A stretch of 64,000 bases of DNA from Bigelowiella natans CCMP2755 (taxonomy: Eukaryota > Protista > Cercozoa). The translations under genes were made by a program, and so were the position numbers. Positions 10,701 through 29,435 of this stretch are shown in pieces (within the stretch, counting starts at the first letter, position 1; each line of letters starts with the position of its first letter). The DNA is taken from contig ADNK01000693.1 of the NCBI GenBank assembly GCA_000320545.1, positions 1-64,000 of the forward strand, read 5' to 3'. Below the pieces are notes generated by a model that was given only the letters and a program-made list of their open reading frames with translations, did no database searches and was not told where the DNA came from.

Positions 10701-13700
10701 TTCGGCAAGTAATAACTTCGTCAACAACTACTACAGCAGTCTCAACATTTCTTCGGCAAGTAATAACTTCGTCAACAACTACTACTTTGAAATATGTTTA
10801 CTTACCCCGTCAGCCGCTCTAGCAAACTCATGCAGATACCCAGTGCGCGACCTAAAGACGTTGAAGATGTCCAGAGCAGCCCCCTGCTTCTTCTGATTGG
10901 CGGCGTTTGGAGAAAGTCTTGGGTGGTTTTCCTCCAGGCTCTGAAAGAGGCTCTTCGCGTCGCTTTTCTCTTCTTTATCAAAGACCACAAACGCCTTCAA
11001 AACCTTAAAGGACGCCTCCCCGAGCTCCAGGCTTTTGATCTTGGATTTCTCTAGGAGATGCGATGAAGAGGGAGGCTGGTGAAGGCGGTCGCCGAATTGA
11101 CGATAAGTCCTGGCATTCCATTCCTTCTCGCCTTTGTAGCCCTGCATGCTCAGTGTCGATGACGACGATGACGACTCCTTCGTCTCCCCTCCCTCTTGCT
11201 TGCTGTCGGTTGGCTCGAATGTGAGCGCTTCATGCGTAGCGACCGTGGCCAGTAGCGCAGCAAGGCCTCTGATACACAGCTGCCGCATGGCGAATAAATC
11301 ACTGACGCATCCTCCGGTGATGAGCGCCATTGCGGCGGGGGAGGCGATGGCGGGTGCGAGCGATTTCGGTGTAGTAAGCAACAGCTGTATCAGCAGCGAC
11401 ATGGCGACGAGTCGGTATCGCCAGTGTGTCACCGTCCCCCCCCCCCCCCCCTCCCCACTACCTCCTCCCAAGCCGCTCACAAGCTTATCAACGATTGACT
11501 TGACGCGCTTCTGCTCCTCCTCCTTCCACACAGGGAGACAGAATTTGGAGAGGAGGGCCATGAACACGGCGTGCGTAGCTGCCTGAACCTGCTCCTCCTC
11601 GTGGGATTCGCAAACACCGGAGAAGATGTGCGTGACGACGAGGAGGATGCTGTCAAGGCTGCAAGTAGCCGCCTCTAGCACCTGTGGGAATGAAAGAACT
11701 TTCAGAGCGCCCCCGAGCTGCTCCTTACTCGCCGTCTTCCTCTCTATAACCTGCTGCAGCAGATGTCCCAGGATGAAGCTGCATGCTTCGGGGTACCGCC
11801 CAAGCGCAGTGTTGAGACCGTCGTTGGCGGCCTTCCGCACTTTCTTGAAGTCATTGAGGGATAGTTTTAACAGAGAGCTGGTGATGGCCGTGTGTGCTGC
11901 CGTGCTGTATCGCCGGTTGTTCTCTAGGGAGGCCTCGTGGCGAAGAAGCTCCATGTAGTGAGCGTACTCGACGTTCAGGATTCGGATTTTACAAACCTTC
12001 TTCTTCTTCTTGCCCTCCCACTCGTCTCTTCGCGAGCGCCTCGACTGCATATTCGAGTGGATCTCTCTGAGGAGTTTAGACCGGTTTATCAGCCATAGGT
12101 TCACGCACAAACTCAGACTCTCCGCGAGCTTCTCCATCACCTTTGCGTTTTCTAGCTTGCTATCCCCACCCCCTCCCGAGCCGGAGTCGATGTTCATCAT
12201 TGTCGCTCCTTCCCCCTCCTTCGTAACCCGCCTTCGCTTGTTGCTAGGAGATTCGTCCGAGGAAGCAGCAGCAGCAGCACTCGCCTCCTCCCCATCCGTG
12301 CTCAGAACCCCGGCGTTGGTGTCCTCGGCGAGAGCATTGAGCTTGCTGGTGATCACGGTGCGCAGGGAGCTGTTTCCCTTGGGGAGGAGGGAAAAGTGTT
12401 CCCCGCAGCCGACCTTGCAGAAACCGATGGATAGGGATGATGATGACGATGACGACGACGACGCACTACTAGTGTGCAGCATGTAGTAGCACTGGTTATG
12501 AGGATGGTTGGATCCCGCGGAGAGTTGAGGCCTTTCAGCTGCTTCGAATTCCATTCCATCGATCGTTGGCTTCTGCTGCTGTTGCTGCAGGGCGTCCGTA
12601 AACTCTCCCAGCACGCTGTTCGCGCCTCGCTGGACGCACATGACTTGGCACAGCGCGTTGCACATATCATCGGCGCTCACGCTGCTGTTGTCAGGACCTT
12701 GCTCCTTTTCTTTTTCTTCTCCCGAGTCCTTGTTCAGGTAGCGCTCGATGACGTTAAAAGCTGGGCCAAGGGCGAATTCGCACAGATCTGCGGCGATTTT
12801 CATGTCGTCGTCGTTGGCGACGTGCCACTTAATTTTGAGGTCATTGATGTCCTCGCTGTAGCCGCCCCACTCCTGCCAGTGCTTCCATTGACTCTGCTGC
12901 CATTTGTCGGGGTCTTGCCCCTTGTACTCGACAGGGTACCGGCGCGTGAGAGCTCTCAGCACGTTTCGCATGATACGCTGTGAAAAATCGCGGCAGCTGC
13001 CGCTGGATGACCCCTTGAAGACATAGAAAATGGCTTTGATCTTGGTGACGATGTCCTGCTGCTGTTGTGGTTGCAGCTGCGTGATAGGGGCTTGCTTCAT
13101 CAGCTGCGACATGAGATAGAGGCAGTGCTGTTTTGCTGCTCCCGGTGTGTCCTCGCGTTCCATATATACCTTGCCGCCTTCGATGTAGGAGCATTTCTTT
13201 TTCTTCTTCTTCTTCTGCCCATCCTCTTTGTTCTCCTCAGCACTCTCCTGCTGCTGTTTCGAATCACCGCTGCCTGATGCTGTGACAACGATGATTTTGT
13301 CGGTGAGTAGGTTGAGGAAGAAGAGCAGCCCCTTCTTGTCGCTAGGGCTAGATGTCAGTCCGATGGCATGCAGCACACTGCCGAGGTACTTGGAGTTCGG
13401 CCAGAAGTCAGCGTCCATGATGCGCTTTGCTACATGGATATTGCACAGCTCGCGAAGAGAGGCCGAGAGGGAGGAGTAGAAGGCCCTCACACAGCGGTGG
13501 ATGAGGGGAAGGGCCATCTTATCCACAGGGTTCTTGTTCGAATACCCTTCTTGCTCTCGGATCAACAGCAAGATGCGGTCCAGAAACTGCGGAGCCCATT
13601 CCTTCAAGCACATTGTTGCGCGTTGAGCTTCCTCGTCGTGAGATGGAGGAGGAGCAGCAGCAGCAGCAGATCCTTCGCCCCCCTCCCCCTTTCCCTTCTT

Positions 13701-15790
13701 CGATTTGACCGCCTTGTACTCCCTGGCATCGATGAGCGGCACCGTGTAGAAGAGAAGGGTGTAGAGCATGAGCGTTTTCCCAGTCTTCATAAGGTCTACT
13801 GGATCAATTCCTGGCAGCGCCAGCCACAAGATGTCCTCTAATCGTGTGCAGCCAGAGGGGTTGATCCTCCTGTTCACAAACGTGTCGCCAAGCCAGCCCA
13901 AACAGCTCAGGGCGCTCATCGTGCGATGGCTTTGCGTAGCGTTTTTCAACGAAGGGATCCTACGCAAGAAGAAGACAACAGCAAAATTGTCGTATGAGAT
14001 ATTATTGCAATAAGTAAATTAACGGTCTCGCTGTATAGTATTTATCTAATGGTAGGACTTACATGTGCGGACAGGATATGCTATCTATAACGCACATTAG
14101 TCGGAATATTATAGTGGCAGCAGTAGTAGGAAATAGTGGGGGCAGAAGGAGCAGCGCCCAATGCGACGCACCATTGATCGATGAGGGAAGGGAGCACGGA
14201 ATCTGGGTTCACACTGCCAACATTCCTAAGGAAGCTCTGCGTGGCAGCCACCATTTGGAAGGCCTTGGAGTACATGCCCATCGTAGCAATGGGAAGAAGT
14301 GTGGCGACGAAGAACTTGCTGATCTGCTCCGGGTAGGGCTTGCCCTGAAGGAAGAGCTGCTTCCGTCGCGCATAGTAGCAGCCAAGGCCAGAGAGCAAAA
14401 CGGAAAGGTGTCTCAAGTGAGCACCTGCATTGGAGGGATGAAATGACGTGCTCGTGATTTGACACAAATTCGATAAGAGCTGCCGGCACTTATCAAGGTG
14501 GATGGTGAAGATGATCAGCTTGGCCATGTGCTCGTCCACGTTTGCACGAGCGGGGTGCATCCCTGTGAGCCACATGAAACGAGCAGGAAACCCGTGCTCC
14601 GACCCCTTGTTTGGATTGCCGCGACCAAGGCCAATTCCCTGCAAATATCGGGAGAACAGGTCTGGTAGGTAGGGGGAGAGGTCAACAACATCAATGTTGT
14701 GCTTTGCCAAACGAGCCCATAGCTTGTACCACACAGCCATCGACACTTTGTCGCTCTTCCAGCGGGATACTTCCATCAACTTCGGCAACCACATCTCGAC
14801 ATTGTTCTTTCCATGTTTTACAGGCAAGAGAAGACATAGAAGGGCCTGGTGCTTGCTGAACTCGTCAGTGAATGGCTCCAACTTGGGGAGGAAGAGCTCT
14901 GTGATTTCCTTCGTGGCGGTTTTCGGGTAGTACATCCGCAGCTTCTTTCCCAGCTGTACCAAACGGTCGCAGCATATTTTCAGTGTTTGCTGAGGCGAGT
15001 TGAAGACACGGTTAGGCTTCCCCTTTCTCGGATCATCGACGTAGCGAAGAAGAGTTTCGTAGAACGGTTTCCAAGGGAGAGTAAGTCCTGTTACATCCTT
15101 CTTCTTAAGGATTTTTGTCAGGCAATACGCCGCTAAAGCCATACATTCGGTATGCTGAGTTGCCCATTTAGCGGTGATAAAGCCGTAAAGGATACGTGCC
15201 AGCTGTCTCTTTTGGTCGAAAGGGATAGGGTATTTCAAGATGAGGTAGTCTTTGAGGAGGTCTAGGTAGTAATTAACCCCTCTTGAATGCCGGTAGTCTC
15301 TGCCGCAAATATCACGCTTCTCGATGACTTTGGGAAGCAATCTGATCATATTGTTTGCAGAGCAATGAAAAGAATGTTGGTCAGCGCATTACTTCGTAGC
15401 AGTGTGGAGATCCCATGAAACACAGATTCTCCCAGTCGATTTGCTCGCACGCACGCGTATTTGAAATGACAAATACTGAGCTATAATACTGAGCTATAAT
15501 ACTGACCTTAAAACAGTTGAAAGCATGGACTGTGCGTGAGCAGTAAGAACAGGGGCAGAGCCAGGAGCGACATTCCGATTAACAGTCAACGAAATGGCAC
15601 TCCCGTCATCCTTGGATTCTTGAATATGGGGTTATTGAGGAAGTTAAATGGGCGCGCGCAATGCCAGGCTAGCTCGCTATGCTGGCGCTGTGAGGCTGGG
15701 GTGGAGCTCAACTATTCAGCTCAGATTAGGAAAGGAAGGAGAAGGGGTGTGTGGAAACAAAAAGCACTGACCGTTGGATTTCTGTGACAT
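7794..15790 (-). CDS. PSME4: Proteasome activator PA200/Blm10 (multi-exon; 5' end approximate)
   Basis: Spliced C-terminus RHGGLLGLSAFILSQPYAVPEWLP...PIGTTAKKLFQEFTRTHQ|DEWHLFEEKFTEDQLDTLRDCGSSLTYFA* (last exons 8104-8166 and 7794-7883). Internal motifs FHPSNAG, LPGIDPVDLMKT, WRYR and NWHVRKA. Large exons match the 422-, 1061- and 341-aa ORFs. Confidence 0.92.
10625..10784. repeat. Intronic tandem repeat, 51-bp unit x ~3.1
   Basis: actactacagcagtctcaacatttcttcggcaagtaataacttcgtcaaca starts at 10625, 10676 and 10727, between a PA200 donor (10805) and acceptor (10539). Confidence 0.9.
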
Positions 15791-16507
15791 GAGTACAGAA
15801 AGGTGATCCCTGGGTTTCTCGTATACCTGTCCGTCCTCTCAAATTTATCCTACAGCAATCTTTGGCAGTAGTGTTGAGCGGTTTGGGGTGCTGCCTCAAC
15901 TGCTCTCCTCTCTTCTCTGTGCCCAGAGTGGTTGAGGTCTCAGTGTGTTATGAGCAGTATGCTGACTTGCGGAAGGGAGGAAATAGATCAACGCCGTACA
16001 TTTATTCCCTCTTTGAAGCCTGATTGTATATCTTTATAAACAAATAGAAGGCCGTTTGAAGCGCCTTCACAGGTTTAAATTTGAGCAGGCTAGGTTCCGC
16101 TCTTAGGTTTGTGGTAGCGTGCTTCCAAAACATGTTGGTGATATTGGCATAAAATGCCCTGGGTTTGCGCTTTTAAGACAACTCATATTTTTCCAGCTCG
16201 GAAATTCCGATTCAGAATCCCGTTTTGGGTGCCGGTATTTGCTGTTTGTTGTTATCGTAACCAGTTTCCGTCCGTTGCCACAACGAAACCGAAGATTTCT
16301 TTAGGACTATCAGTGGTTTTTAGGTAGTGCGACAAAACTATACGCATGTCTTCACCAAATGACGACACGGATTCACATCTGGTTGACACAGCTCCGCTAT
16401 CCTTGACCCCACCCCTCTAGATTAGATCTCCTTCAAAATATTCGGAACATCGACCTAACATAAGCTCCAGATATCTTTGAAAGGACCGATCTATTGGATT
16501 TGCCGAT

Positions 16508-22854
<6,347 letters not shown>

Positions 22855-23869
22855 AGAACAGAGTAACGGTAAGCTAGGGAAAATGTAGTGCTTGGAACTA
22901 ACAATGGTGCCACCGTGGGTGTCGACTTTCAATTAGACCTCATTGCGCAACTGGAGGGTCAAACTTCGTGCTCAGCAGTTTTCTATAGAAGCTGCACTTT
23001 AGCAGGAGTATTGTACCCACGATGCTTGTGATTTTAAGCAATCATGTTTTGAAACCATTGCACAACTCTTATGTTGCAGTCCAAGCATGTAGCATGGGTG
23101 TGTGTGTGTATGTGCGCGCGCGCGCGCGCGTGATGAAGCACTTGCGAGCTTGCATCAGCAGTGCTGCTTCTGTCTGATCCGAATCGCATGGACGATTCGT
23201 TTCTGCATCACATCGAGTTCAAGCAAACAGAGACATTCAAGTGAGTATCGTAGCGCATATATGGTCAAGCGAACGACTGCGTACGTAGGGACACAAAGTC
23301 AACTCATCAGCGCTTGCGTGACAGCATGTGCATATTGTTTACGCGAGATCCATAAATTGATGCTTCATCGCCCTGCGATATGCGTGATGTGTGCATTAAA
23401 TAACATGTGCATAGCGACGCGAACCTAGCTCGATGTTACAGCGGTAGATTGAGACTCATGTAGCAGGAGAGTATAGCACAATAATACAATAATGCGGTAT
23501 GTGCGCAAGGGTTATTACGAAAGCTTTTGCGAAGCACACTCACTCTAAACGAGAACTTACTCTAGTAATGGCGGTTGTACAAAATTAATGAAAAACTGAT
23601 ATTTTATCGAGTGTGGAAGGAAATCCACACCGCATACATATAACACCTGTTCGCACGTAATAAGTTATATTCATTTGCAACATATTGGTTAAAGTTAACA
23701 TTCATATCTGATAACCGAGCTGAAATACTATCCAAATGTGTTCGCCCATCCCCCCAATTCTTTATCGATGAAAGCCTGCAGTACGTGATGATAATGTATG
23801 ATCAAGATTTGATAATTTGCTCTAGGCCTAAACTTAGTACTGTGAGACAACGCTACCATGTGGCAGAGA

Positions 23870-24600
23870 ATTATCATCAAAAATTAGAATACGAACGTAC
23901 TTGTAGGATTAACGCCGCTTGAAACTGATCCCAATCTGTAATGCAGCTCCTTGAATCAGGCAAGTTTAATTCTATCTCTGAAAGATGCTCCCAACTGCAA
24001 TTAAAACGATGATGGTGATGATGATAATGATAATCATGATAGTAGTCCTGCATTAAAATCAACAAGGCGAAAGAAAGATTTGGCCAATTGCATTTGATGT
24101 GGTAATACTGCTGACCTGTGCAATTCTGTAACGCAATTTTGTATAAAGTCCAAATCGATATTCCTGCTGTCATCCCAAATGCATACGGGAAGACGACCGC
24201 AGTCTGAGAAGAAGGAACCAAAGAAAAGTATTTCTGAATAATGTCACAGAAACGTATGTAAGTTCGCAGTGACCATTACCTTCTCCCTCCATTGAAGCTG
24301 GTGACAATGAAGAAGATGGTGATGATAAAGATTGCTGCTGCAAAAGCACTTGCTCACACCATGATTCGAAGGTAGTACGCTGCTGCAACAGGACTTCATT
24401 ATCTTTCTCTTCATCCACCTCCATAGCTGCTTTGTCGCATTTCTGAATTCTTCTCCAAATGGGCTTGCTAACCACGATTCCTTTTAAAACAATGCAGGAG
24501 GAGGAGGAGGAGGAAGGTTAGATCTGAAATCTCACAACCATCTTACACAAAACATGCAGACAATACTGAATTATTGAAAATAAAAGTGAGTGCAATTCAC

Positions 24601-24643
<43 letters not shown>

Positions 24644-25519
24644 GTACACACGTAATTATGTGTGTGCGCATGTATCTTTGGCCGTATATGGTATATATTA
24701 TTAGATTCGTGAAGTGTGGCACCCGTAGCATCATTCTCAGCAACAATCTTCCATACATCATTCTTCCTGTGAGAAGAGGGCATTAGCTCGATCGATGAGG
24801 GATTAAAAAGACTACAAATCAGCAGCATTCGTTTATTCGTTCGTGGCAACAGCAGTTGATAACAAACAATACCCATGGATCACGCCGCTTGACCTTGTAG
24901 ACCCTACTACCACAATGGAGTCGAGAGGAAGAGATTCTGCAGTAGTAAGTAATAAGTCTCCATAAAATATGTTTTCCTTCGACTAATATGTGGCTCTTCA
25001 TTCCCCCTCCCTCCCGTTTTACAAATGCAACTTTGAGGAGAGTGAAACTCCCGATTACGCGCTTACTACAACTTGATGTTACACTTGGTCGATGCTGCTA
25101 CTACTACTATTGCTACTACGTGGTACCATCCCGTAAATATGTAGCATTGATACGCAGGTATTATTATTCTATCACCTGATAAATAGATGTCTGTAATGGC
25201 AACAGAAACTTGCATGTCTTTATCGTAGTCCCACTTATGGGATTTGTCTAGATGTCACGAACAATGTAAAAACCTTGACAGCAGCGAGTAGAAAAATCAA
25301 TTGAAGCTGCAATCGTGGAGGATTAATGAGTAGCAACATCTAGCAGCAACGTGATAATTGAAGCATGTAATGATTAGGGTAGCCAATGTTATTACCTACA
25401 TTCTCCTTCGAGCTGAAGATTCTGGTAGGATCATGATATCTACCGTCGCTGTTGCCACAGGGTACCAAGCATATTAATGATTGGTACGGTCGTAACCTAA
25501 TAAAATTGTAATAGATGTA

Positions 25520-25558
<39 letters not shown>

Positions 25559-25667
25559 TGGTCTGATGAAGATTCAGCCCAGATGAAACCACTACCTAGC
25601 CGCTACTGAATGCCACTTGTGCTATTTTTACATGATCCGCATAACGATACGAGCATCTACCACATCA

Positions 25668-25706
<39 letters not shown>

Positions 25707-26132
25707 CTACGAAGTGACTGGGGCAGCGTGTTATGATCGCTTCTTTTCGAGGAAGAAGAATTTTCTGGCTGCTCGATAGCGAACGACTACGTCCGATGTT
25801 TTTCATCAAACAGCCTAGAATACAAACGAAAATCAGTTTTCATGAAAAGAAGTGTTGGGGCATGAAGTAGATCTACCACAACGATGATGATGATGATGAT
25901 GATTATGACAATAAGGAGAAGGAGGAGGAGGAGAAGGGGGGGGGGACGGATGATGATGATGATGGGTTTGACTACTCCTCCTCCTGAATTATGATGAGCA
26001 TTGCTCGTAGATATGTGTCTTATTACCGATGTTCCTGCTGCTGCTTTGTACAATTAGAAAATCAGAAATCGGTGTGATTTTGCATGTGCGACTACCTTTT
26101 AAAGTCACTTTTTCCCAGGTTTCCCCTTCCAT
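23870..26132 (-). CDS. Multi-exon gene of unknown function
   Basis: ATG GAA GGG GAA ACC TGG... followed by a gtagtc donor at 26132-26097. Several GT-AG-bounded coding-like blocks (e.g. 24250-24480, 23900-24000). No domain recognised and boundaries are approximate. Confidence 0.4.
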
Positions 26133-26380
26133 GCTTTCAGTACGCCCAGATACAGACGACGAATGAATTGATGATCAATCGGGTGAATGCACGTAAGAAA
26201 GAATTGACGGGCGGCCATGGTTGTTGACGGGAATATACGTGATTCGATGGCAGAATAGGCAGCAGGATTGATCATGACAGAGCGGAAAATCAGTCAATTA
26301 CAATCAAGAACCAGATCAGTGATGAAAGAGAAGGGGAAGGGAAATGTGGCAGTTAGCTGAAGGGAGGAAGCAGAAGAAAT

Positions 26381-29300
26381 ATGCTTTGGCTGGTCACAGT
26401 AGTAACTGTCGCGACAAATGCTCTCGCCATCACTGGCCACATGATAGGGCAGCAGAAACTAGAAGGCGGATTAATAGATTTTCATCGAAAAGCACCTCAC
26501 TTGGAGATTGCAGACGAGTACACCGAACTTATTAGCAAATGTGGCCGTGCAAGACGATGGGAAAGAGCTTTGGAGTTGCTTTACCAGTACCATAACAAGC
26601 AAAAGGAGGCCGCCGCTGTAGATTCATCATCAGTGGCAGCAGTCCTACAGGATGGTGATGAGGGAGGAGGCAAAGGCCCAGTACCACCAGCAACTACGCC
26701 GTGTATGGTTCATGCAGCCCTTTTAGCTTGCGTGAAGTCTAAGAGGCCTCAGCAAGCTCTACAGATAGTGAAATCATTTACAAACGCACCTATTGTTCCC
26801 GCCTCTTATAATGCGACCATCGATTCTAGCGGCTTTTGTAGCGAAAATAAAGACCAAAGGTCCACGCAGCAGCAGCTGCAGCAACGGGATTATATGACTA
26901 AACATGAAGCCCTGGGATACTCAGTAACCGATCTCTTCTTTTCACTTGGTAAAATCAAGGAGATGCTGTCAACTATTGAAAGAATGTCCTCCATCAAAGA
27001 TGATGGTGGTAGTTCTTCCCCTATGGTGTCGTGGCTGCATCATCCAAAAGTATTTGCAATGTGGCTCCGGAGGAGTAGAAGAAGAAGAAAAAGAAAAAAC
27101 ACTAGTTGTCTTAGTCATCATTTGCTGAAACCTTCAACTGCACTTAGTACTTTACGGTCTGCTGAGAAGGTGGCGGCTTGGGCAACAGCGTTGATGATGC
27201 TAGGCTATTCCTCCTCCTCCTCCTCCTCCTCCTCCTCCTCCTCCTCTTGGGCTTTAGCCATATCTGCTTGCGCGAAGGGGAGGGAGTGGCAATTAGCGGA
27301 GATGTTGCTCAGACGTTGTGTCAAAGCAGCTTCGAAAGAAGAAGCAACCGAGAGTATATCACCGCAAACACCGGTACTGACTACTTCAGTGAAGCAACGA
27401 GAGGAACTCATGATGACGGCAATCGATAAGTGCAAGCTAGCTATTCTACCATCGATGTACAAAGGCATTTGCGGTGTGGGAAAACGACGATGGCAACGGG
27501 CTTTGCAGTTGATCGACGAGGTTGCTGAGAGAAGAACAAGGAGAATAATACCAAGTAGAAGTAGTAGTAATGATAATAGTAGATCCATTAATAATACCAC
27601 ATCAGTAACTTCTAGCAGCCACGACTCAATAGCGAAATATAGCACTACTGGTATGAGGGATGACGACATTCCTACTTCTGCTATTCCAACTACTACCACC
27701 AATATTTCACGACAAGCGCAGATTCAACAGCAGCTGCAACTTTCTTCGGATGGATTAGACATCATCAGTGGTGATATGCACATGCACGTTCTTCGCGCTC
27801 TTGGCTGTAAGGGTGGGAAAAGATTTTGCCACCACCTCCTTCATAAGCATCATCATCATGATCATCATCATTATCATCACAGACACCCTAATCATCTTAA
27901 TAATCTTGTCAACGAACAAATCAGGAATATACAGCAAAAAACAGATGGCTGTGGTATAAGCGCATGGCAATACGTTAATGACCATACTTCAAGCCTAGAA
28001 GAAGAAGAAGATGAAGAAGTGGAAGGAGAAGAAGACCACAAGGAAGAGGAGTATACTATACTTGAGGACGAGGAGAGGAAGGAAGATATGCATATCTCTC
28101 TCGAAGAGCTCCTCCAGGATAATACTACCAGTCCGCAAACAACCTCTCATGGAGCACAAAGACTACTTCTACCACTTCCTAAGATGTTTCTTCGTCATTA
28201 TAACTACTCTCCCGGCAGGAGGAGAAGAAGAAGAAGAACAAAGTGGTCATCCCACTACTATTTTCAGCCTCCCAAAGACTATAATATACGGATTTGCGAG
28301 TACACAAATCGGAAACGATGCAGAAATGGAATACTAACTCGCATAAGAGATCATGTAGATGAAAGAATCGCTGCGAATACAGATATGGTTATCACAGGTG
28401 GTAATAGAGCTGCTGCAGCAAGAGGGAGGATGGTGAGAATGCTTCCTCATGGACAAATCCGCTTTAGACCCTCTGATTTTGTTGTTGACGAAGTTGATAG
28501 GAGTGGTAGAGTTGTAACCTTGTTGAATGTTGGCAGATTCTCGAAAATACAAGATCATGATGCTGATGATGATAATGATGATGATGATGATGACACGAGG
28601 AGTACGACAATATCGTCGGCAAAAATGAATAAGAGTCAAAGACAAAAGACAGCATACGGCTATAGTAATAAAAATAGTAATGATAATAATATTAATAATA
28701 ATGATACTGCAACAAGATGCCCTCCTATTGGCGATGATAGTAGTAGGTTGGGGGGGGTTGTGGTGAAGCAGCAGCATATAGCACTTATTCAAGCAACAGT
28801 GACGAAAACGCTATCAAAGACCTCCGATGTGATGACCTCCATTGCGAAGCAGCTCAGCATTAGCAGCGACGACATTTCTATGTTCGGAAATAAGGATTCT
28901 CGTGCTGTGACGACCCAGCATATAGTCATCAAGCTGCCAAGGGATAAGATTCCTCAACTCTCAAATATATCAATACCAAATGCTCTGATTGGAGACTTTA
29001 AAGAAGTCGATAGAGAGGGTAGTAGTATGTAACACTAGTGGAAAACAGTTATAGTAGTATGAGGATGATTGATATAGCTATTAAATGGATGATGGTGGTG
29101 GTGATGGTGATAATGCTAGTAGCCCGACTGCATATTGATGTTTCCCCAAGTACGGGGATTTAATCGGCGTGTGGTACATATAATATTTGATTTCATGTAC
29201 TATCGTAGCCACTTTTTCTTTACTTTTGACTTTCAGCATTTGAAGTGATTTCGCCAGAAATATTTGAAGCTGAATCAGAAAGTAGTCTACAAAGCATTCT

Positions 29301-29404
29301 CCTCGGTTATTTAGTTTGTTCTCCTCACAGGTTGCTTCGGACGGAATAGAGGAAATAAATTCAAGATTGTTGTGCGCTTTGATAGCCATGATAGTTACAG
29401 CAGC

Positions 29405-29435
<31 letters not shown>

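Noticed and set aside
10625-10784. CRISPR-like or coding repeat (ORFs 10565-10896)
   Set aside because: Head-to-tail units with no spacers, eukaryotic intron context, antisense to PA200 and no cas genes.
11146-13841. Long plus-strand ORFs opposite PA200
   Set aside because: Antisense shadows of a GC-rich coding exon with no independent motifs.
16347-16421. 24-codon ORF upstream of the kinase (MSSPNDD...)
   Set aside because: It cannot be shown to be transcribed or conserved and may be chance.
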